NCBI GenBank assembly: GCA_000146465.1
Contig: CP001948.1
Length of the DNA: 64,000 nt
Strand: one strand, 5' to 3'
Positions within the stretch are counted from its first letter, which is position 1. The number at the start of each line of letters is the position of its first letter. Both the position numbers and the translations under genes were made by a program. This document shows positions 58,164 to 64,000 of this stretch, one piece after another. Under the pieces are notes generated by a model. It worked only from the letters and a program-made list of their open reading frames with translations. It made no database searches and was not told where the DNA came from.

Positions 58164-58730
58164 ATGATGGAAGATAAGCAGGAAAAGGTACTTGATGCAG
58201 CAAATGTTGTGGAAGCAAAGGCAATGAATGCAATAGATAATGTTGAGAAGTCGAGCATTGGAAACTCCATTCCACTTGAGGTGAGTCTCCCCCTCCGTGA
58301 GCTAACGAAGTACCTAATGTTCTTCACTATATTTGAGTCGATTCCCATATACTTGATTACTTGCGAAGGAAACAAAAACGAGTTTCTTCATTGGATTTCA
58401 AAAGCAACTGGGTTTGTTTTTCTTATCATAGCCATCACGGCAGCAGTATTAGACCTGGTTACATTTTACGGCAAGCTGTTCTATTTGTACAAGTTCGTTG
58501 TGCCTGTAACTCTTGTAAAATCCGCCATAGCATTTGTTGTTGTAGTCTTTTCCAACATCAGCTCGATGTACGTTGTGATTCTTGCTATATTATATTCCCT
58601 GAGAATCACCGTATTTGATGCACTGTTTCTATACTACCTTGCAATCCTTCTGAGAAGAATAGAGTCCGACGATTACGACAACGACGGAGAGCGGCTCAAA
58701 GCAAAGGAATCAAAGGGAGAGAAAGTATGA
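58164..58730 (+). CDS. hypothetical multi-pass membrane protein (188 aa)
   Basis: Several hydrophobic helices (FVFLIIAITAAVLDLV, IAFVVVVFSNISSMYVVILAILY) and no recognisable family. Confidence 0.3.
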   Translation: MMEDKQEKVLDAANVVEAKAMNAIDNVEKSSIGNSIPLEVSLPLRELTKYLMFFTIFESIPIYLITCEGNKNEFLHWISKATGFVFLIIAITAAVLDLVTFYGKLFYLYKFVVPVTLVKSAIAFVVVVFSNISSMYVVILAILYSLRITVFDALFLYYLAILLRRIESDDYDNDGERLKAKESKGEKV

Positions 58731-58841
58731 TTAAAGACTTTGAACTATGTACAAAAAATCATTTTCAACTCTCCTTGTGCGCCCCAAAGTACAAGCTTGA
58801 CTAAATACATTTTTTAATCACTATGGTAAGTAAGGCCGGCC

Positions 58842-60026
58842 TCATTGTGCCTTTATCAGCCCGGTTATCATCCCATCCTCAAAATCAAACTGCTCCTTGC
58901 CTTCATCTTCGTCAGGGATCACTATCTTTATTCTTTCAACCAGAGGATTCCCTTGGTTCACTCCAAACTCCTCTGCTATTCTACTCCACCAGAGGGCCAA
59001 GAGAGCATTTTTCTTGACTCCTATCCCCTGCTTGTAGCATTCAGAGACTAAATATGCTGCAAAAACATTCTCTCTTGTAGCCGCCTTGAGGCCAAGCCGA
59101 AATCCCAGCTTAATATTCTTCTCAACCACTCCATCCAGTCCGTTTAGAAATAGAGCCGAAAGCCTTGTCTGTGCATCAGACTGCCCAAGATCTGCTGCCT
59201 TTATATACCATTCTATGCTCCTTCTCATGTCCTTCTCATGTCCCATTTCTCCGTTCTCAAAGCATTTTCCCACTCTGAACTGACAGTTGGGGCAGTCTAG
59301 AGACGCCCCTTTTAGATAAAGCTTGAATGCATACAAGTCATCTGGGGATATAATGTCCGGCCCCTTGCCCTTCTCATGGCATCTTCCGAGGTCGTACAGG
59401 GCATATGGATAGGTATATGTTGCCTTCTTTGCAGCTAGCCTCAAGTAGAAGTACCCTATCTTAAGATCGCAGTCTCTTTCCATCCTTTCAAATAGCACAA
59501 TTACGCCATAGGTGTGCATTGCATCAATCAAACCTAGTTTGGCTGCACACCTATAAAAATACACCGCCTTTTCGATGTTTCTCGCCTTTCCTATTCCCTT
59601 TTCATAACACTGTGCAACTCGGAAGGTTCCAACAGCACTTCCCAGCTGGGCAGCTACTATATAGTTTTCAAATGCTTTTCTATCGTCCCTCTTTATCCCA
59701 AAGAGGCCCTTTTCATACGAAAGACCCAAGTAGTAATATACCTCTGCCCGCGACATTGGATTCAAGGCCTGGATCAAGTGGCTGGAGATGGATTTCCTCA
59801 GTAGTTTCTTTATAGATAGACGCTGTTTTTCATTAAGGTGCCTAAGGGTCTTCTCCAGCGGCAATGGATCTCCCGGGAAAATTCTCTTCGTATCTCCTCT
59901 CTCGTCCTCCATCTTCCTAGCATAGTGTCCAAGTATGACTAGCACATCACCTACATCTTCTTCAATGTCATCTTGCAGCCCCTCTGCCAACTCTTCCCCA
60001 ACTCCGCCCATCAACACCGGCTTCAT
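58842..60026 (-). CDS. Sel1-repeat (TPR-like) protein, possibly Skt5/Chs4-like chitin-synthase regulator or Hrd3-like
   Basis: Multiple Sel1 units: YYYLGLSYEKGLFGIKRDDRKAFENYIVAAQLG, FRVAQCYEKGIGKARNIEKAVYFYRCAAKLG, LYDLGRCHEKGKG...AFKLYLKGA, FRVGKCFENGEMGHEKDMRRSIEWYIKAADLG. Confidence 0.6.
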   Translation of the reverse strand: MKPVLMGGVGEELAEGLQDDIEEDVGDVLVILGHYARKMEDERGDTKRIFPGDPLPLEKTLRHLNEKQRLSIKKLLRKSISSHLIQALNPMSRAEVYYYLGLSYEKGLFGIKRDDRKAFENYIVAAQLGSAVGTFRVAQCYEKGIGKARNIEKAVYFYRCAAKLGLIDAMHTYGVIVLFERMERDCDLKIGYFYLRLAAKKATYTYPYALYDLGRCHEKGKGPDIISPDDLYAFKLYLKGASLDCPNCQFRVGKCFENGEMGHEKDMRRSIEWYIKAADLGQSDAQTRLSALFLNGLDGVVEKNIKLGFRLGLKAATRENVFAAYLVSECYKQGIGVKKNALLALWWSRIAEEFGVNQGNPLVERIKIVIPDEDEGKEQFDFEDGMITGLIKAQ

Positions 60027-60224
60027 CTCTGTTCGATATGCTTTATTCCTTTTGCAGGAACCAATAGCTTCCCTAAGGAGAGATTCATTACTGATGGAGT
60101 TAGAGCAATGGTCAAATGGTATTTGATTGTCTAGAGAAATTCCGAGCTGTTGGTAAGGGCCTTGCGAAAAGTTCCAAGGCCGTCTGAGGACTGAGATTAA
60201 CCTTTTTGTGCTTTTCTTCTGTCG

Positions 60225-61229
60225 TTGATTTTATCCCGGACAAAAGAGCCCGGGATGTTGAAGATTCAAGACTTTGACTTTGTAAAAGTCGTAGGAGAAG
60301 GAGCCTTTGGGAAGGTGTATCTGGTGAGACCTAAGAGAAATCCAATGCTTATTTTTGCAATGAAGATACTTGACTTTGGGGAAATCCTTAAGCAGAGGTT
60401 AGCTGACCAGCTCGAAAACGAAATTTCTATTTTGAAAAGACTTTATGGATGTCCATTTGTTGCAAAGCTGTATTCAACAGACTTCCATCGTGGAAAGGTG
60501 GGACTAACTCTGGAGTATGTTGGAGGAGGCGAGCTGTTTTATTGGCTCAAAAAGTGTGGGAGATTTGATGAGAAGATGACTCGATTCTATGCAGCAGAAA
60601 TCGTTTTGGCTTTGAAGTTTATACATGGAAAAGGGATTCTCTACAGAGACTTGAAGCCCGAGAACATACTGATTACGTCTACAGGACACATAAAGCTGAT
60701 TGACTTTGGATTTGCAGTCTACGAAAACGAGAGTATATATATGATTTCGGGGACTCCGGAGTACATGTCACCGGAGAAGCTGCGGAGCGAAGATGATGGA
60801 CGTGCAAGCGATTATTGGGGGCTGGGAATTATAATCTACGAAATGCTATGCGGAGACCCTCCATTCTACGATGCAAGTGCTGACACCATTTATCACAAGA
60901 TACTCGAATGCCAGATCGTTTTCCCCCATTATGTAAGTCCTGTTGCAAGAAGCCTGATATCAGGACTATTGGACAAAAGTCGAACCACCAGACTAGGAGC
61001 CAAGGGAATATTCGAAATAATGAATCATCCCTTTTTCAAGGGATTGGACTGGGGAGAAATAGAAGATAGGACTGTAACACCACCGTTCATCCCAAGCCCG
61101 AGCTCTGTCCTCGGATTTTCAGGAAGCAGCTCGGAATACAGTAGCATAGATTATGGAGAAACAGCTGTTTTTAAGCCATACAAGTATGTTAAACACTTTC
61201 GAAAGGACAAGATACCGAAGCGGATATAG
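60225..61229 (+). CDS. AGC-family Ser/Thr protein kinase (PKA catalytic-subunit-like)
   Basis: Glycine loop VGEGAFGKVYLV, then AMKIL, catalytic YRDLKPENILI, DFGFA, GTPEYMSPE, and DYWGLGIIIYEMLCGDPPF typical of PKA/AGC kinases. Confidence 0.8.
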   Translation: MILSRTKEPGMLKIQDFDFVKVVGEGAFGKVYLVRPKRNPMLIFAMKILDFGEILKQRLADQLENEISILKRLYGCPFVAKLYSTDFHRGKVGLTLEYVGGGELFYWLKKCGRFDEKMTRFYAAEIVLALKFIHGKGILYRDLKPENILITSTGHIKLIDFGFAVYENESIYMISGTPEYMSPEKLRSEDDGRASDYWGLGIIIYEMLCGDPPFYDASADTIYHKILECQIVFPHYVSPVARSLISGLLDKSRTTRLGAKGIFEIMNHPFFKGLDWGEIEDRTVTPPFIPSPSSVLGFSGSSSEYSSIDYGETAVFKPYKYVKHFRKDKIPKRI

Positions 61230-61431
61230 ATCCGATGCAAACCAAATAAATTCAGAGTATTTTCCTTTGAAGTAGTTAAGTACCAAATCTTGTATGGTTT
61301 TTTCTCTGTGGTGAGTTTACGGAGAATGTCCCTATGGACATCAATTGGCAAAGAGGAGATGAGGGAGCCGAATTTGGCAGGAAGAACTAATAAAATTTTG
61401 TTATAAATATTCTTTTGCTAAGAGGGGTAAG

Positions 61432-62583
61432 ATGAGAACAGAAAGCAACAGTGGATCGAAGGGAACCTTCAAGACGATGAAGCTAGGATTTCTAGGGCTG
61501 GTTGGAATGGTGGTTGTGTACTATGTGCTTCTGTTTATCTTTGGAATCAAGTACTTAGACCCGGAATACTATGGAAGTTATTTCTATGCTTGGAGAGTGA
61601 ACTTTGCAGACAAGATCATGACACATGGGAGATACAAGCTCATTAAGAAGAACGAGCACCCGGACACAGAGGACAGGAAGAAGTTCTACAAGATCTCTCA
61701 AGACGAGACAGGCCCATATCTTATTCGATTTGATCGACCGGAGCATTTCCCACGGGGACACGAGCATCAGTTCACATTGAACTTCCCTGGATATGAGGAC
61801 TTCCTAAAGATGCGGGAGAGGTTTATTGTTGAGTCTGAGGGATTGCAGTCTGAGATGGATCTGAGCCACTCTGATTTGATTGACCGGATGAAGAAGAAGA
61901 AGGAAGGAGGAGGACAGTTTCTGGCAGAGTACAAAGGCAAGTCTATTGAGGAAATGAAGAGCATTCTGTTTCCAAAGAACAATGAAGAAAAGAATCCATG
62001 GTTTGAGGTGAGTAACATACTGATCAATGCAATATCCAATATCATGTCCGACAAGGCTGAGGATAGAGAGGGATATCTGTTTGATGGGGAGAAGATTGGA
62101 GACAAGATGATGAAGGACATTCGAAGTGCTCTCGAGGAGCTCGACAGCCGTGCAGAAGACGAAGATGAAAAGCTTTCGGAGAAGATAAGCGATTCCGACA
62201 TCAACAACTTCTTCATCAACAATGGGAGAGTGTCTGCAACACCACATGAAACATTTGCTTACTCACGGATATACTACCTGTTCAACTTCTTGACAGCAGG
62301 GATTGAGTTCAAGTCTCAGAAGCTCGCAGATCTAAGGGAGGGGGAAGATGAAAACGAGTTCCGGGAAGAGCGAATGAATTATGTTGCAAATCTGTTTGCC
62401 AGGATATTTTCAAGCATATACCCTAACCAACACAGAAAAGATGTCAGTTCGATTGGGGTTCTTGAGAAGATAAGAAATTACTATAGCCCGAAGACGGTTG
62501 TTGAAGAGAAGAAGGAGGTGGATGAGGAGGATCTCAATCTCATCAAGGACAAATTCTCAACTTCGTCAAGAGTTCCTGCATGA
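61432..62583 (+). CDS. hypothetical protein with N-terminal transmembrane anchor (383 aa)
   Basis: N-terminal [22 protein letters not shown] is a signal-anchor or TM segment. The rest is acidic and coiled-coil rich. I recognise no family. Confidence 0.3.
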   Translation: MRTESNSGSKGTFKTMKLGFLGLVGMVVVYYVLLFIFGIKYLDPEYYGSYFYAWRVNFADKIMTHGRYKLIKKNEHPDTEDRKKFYKISQDETGPYLIRFDRPEHFPRGHEHQFTLNFPGYEDFLKMRERFIVESEGLQSEMDLSHSDLIDRMKKKKEGGGQFLAEYKGKSIEEMKSILFPKNNEEKNPWFEVSNILINAISNIMSDKAEDREGYLFDGEKIGDKMMKDIRSALEELDSRAEDEDEKLSEKISDSDINNFFINNGRVSATPHETFAYSRIYYLFNFLTAGIEFKSQKLADLREGEDENEFREERMNYVANLFARIFSSIYPNQHRKDVSSIGVLEKIRNYYSPKTVVEEKKEVDEEDLNLIKDKFSTSSRVPA

Positions 62584-62619
62584 TCATAATAAAAAAGGTA
62601 TTTCCATCATACGTTTACT

Positions 62620-63378
62620 TTAATCGAAATCTTTTGTCTTGGGTTCGGCATCTTCGTAATATTGCACTGCATTATCTATGGAATAAAACAGCTCCTCAAC
62701 ACTTTCCTCCTTGTTCCAGTCCAGCGGATGGAAGTTCAGCATGCTATTCTCGGCAACAAAGCTCAACATTCTTTTACATATTCTAGAATACTTTCCCCTG
62801 CCAATTAGTGCCGAAAGTTCCTCTGTTGGCGTATAAAACATCTCAAGATCCTCACTCTTAACCAAATCCATTTTCGAAATAACATTGATACAAGGAATAT
62901 TCAACCTTGACATCGAGACAAGTGCACAAAAGCACCCGCTCACATACTTGTTGATATCCACTAAGTATTGGGACTCCATCATATAAACAACACCACATTT
63001 AAAATGCCGGCCTACATGATCGATAATCTTTGGCATTATCTCGGAGTGTGCAAACAATTCTATTTGCCCCGGGCAGTCGAAAACAAGAAAGGCGCCCTCA
63101 AAGTCCTCTAGCCTAAGCTCATCAATGTTTTCGTAGAGTTCCTCCAGTGCAAGCAGAAGCCCCCCATTTGGTCCATAGTCATACTCCTCCATAACATCCC
63201 CAACAGTGATGAAGTCCCGGAGATCCAAGGCATACCCTTCGCCAGGAGCTATCTGCGCAGGATCCAGGTTGATCACCTTGTAGGTTCTGCCTACACTCTC
63301 CCCATGCTCCTGTATATTTCTGCAGAATGTTGACTTCCCCGATCCAGCCGGTCCAAAGACAAAAATGGCATATCCCAT
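62620..63378 (-). CDS. GPN3: GPN-loop GTPase GPN3
   Basis: P-loop FVFGPAGSGKSTFC (GPN3-type GPAGSGKSTYC), VINLDPAQ, the eponymous GPN motif YDYGPNGGL, and FDCPGQIELF are present. Confidence 0.75.
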   Translation of the reverse strand: MGYAIFVFGPAGSGKSTFCRNIQEHGESVGRTYKVINLDPAQIAPGEGYALDLRDFITVGDVMEEYDYGPNGGLLLALEELYENIDELRLEDFEGAFLVFDCPGQIELFAHSEIMPKIIDHVGRHFKCGVVYMMESQYLVDINKYVSGCFCALVSMSRLNIPCINVISKMDLVKSEDLEMFYTPTEELSALIGRGKYSRICKRMLSFVAENSMLNFHPLDWNKEESVEELFYSIDNAVQYYEDAEPKTKDFD

Positions 63379-63389
63379 TCCAGCCCTCC

Positions 63390-63881
63390 ATGAGGAAAAT
63401 TAATAAAGCCGTCCATTCCGACCCGAATATTGAAGAGCTTCTACTCTCTCTCCAGATAGAGAATGAATCCCTTGAAGAGGGTGAAGCTTTCGAAAGCTCC
63501 TCTTCACTCATGGACGAACCAGAGTGCAGGCTCGCCGGAGACATAGTCCACAGAGATCTTCGTGCAACGGATGCCGACATGAAAGCCCTGATAGAAGGAG
63601 GAAAATGCAAGATCTCGGGGAACTCACTGCCTTTTTCACTATTCGAGGTGATCAAGAAAAAAGAAAGCACCGAAACAGCTGTTGTTTCCAATCAGAAGTT
63701 CCTTATCGAAGGCGGAAGGTATGACTATGGATTTACCCCCAAAGATCTGGAGAGGTACAGAATCAAGCGAAAAAGAAGAATAAAGGAGACATGTCCTAAC
63801 TGGGAAGACATTTCAGAAGAAAAAAGAAACGAGCCGAGAAAAGTTCACGTTAGGTCTTTGAAACTCCGAAACAAAAGATGA
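63390..63881 (+). CDS. hypothetical basic C-terminal protein (about 163 aa from Met 63390)
   Basis: ORF only. The upstream part of the computed ORF overlaps the GPN3 start on the other strand, so the internal Met was chosen. Confidence 0.3.
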   Translation: MRKINKAVHSDPNIEELLLSLQIENESLEEGEAFESSSSLMDEPECRLAGDIVHRDLRATDADMKALIEGGKCKISGNSLPFSLFEVIKKKESTETAVVSNQKFLIEGGRYDYGFTPKDLERYRIKRKRRIKETCPNWEDISEEKRNEPRKVHVRSLKLRNKR

Positions 63882-64000
63882 AAGCCCGAAACCACTATCT
63901 TCAATAAATCGATCTACAAGCTCAAATTATATGACATTCTTTGGTTTAATAACCTTCTTCATGGAAACAATACCAAAGATAAAGGACATAAGAGTGATGA

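Overview
This window is gene-dense nuclear DNA from a compact eukaryote, with no operons. It holds about 50 protein-coding genes on both strands, roughly one per 1.2 kb. Spacers are mostly under 200 bp, and several gene ends abut or overlap by a few bases. GC content is about 38-40%. I found almost no introns. The proteins are recognisable but shortened orthologues of core eukaryotic machinery: RNA polymerase III largest subunit, proteasome RPT4, TFIIE-alpha, ASF1, ribosomal P2, Snu13, Aurora kinase, separase, SMC6, BRCA2, MCM9, ubiquilin, a GPI ethanolamine-phosphate transferase, GPN3 and a Tim17/22/23 family protein. Taken together this fits a microsporidian-like, or comparably reduced fungal-related, parasite chromosome. 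That is my inference from gene content and architecture, not a database result. There is one RNA gene, a tRNA-Gln(UUG) on the minus strand. I see no CRISPR array, no prokaryotic defence or mobile-element signatures, and no rRNA. The most notable things I can support from the sequence are these. (1) A 24-nt GT-AG spliceosomal intron interrupts a DUF167/YggU-family gene; it must be removed to restore the family's conserved V-x-V-x-A-P-P-x-D-G-x-A-N core. (2) Homologous-recombination and genome-maintenance genes sit unusually close together: an Eme1/Mms4-like HhH protein lies immediately next to a minimal BRCA2, with SMC6 and MCM9 within about 15 kb. (3) Several large lineage-specific unknowns are present, including a 609-aa protein with multiple OB-fold-like segments and a secreted protein with a K/E/G-rich tail. 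Most product calls rest on motif recognition by eye. Gene starts are approximate wherever an upstream in-frame Met exists.
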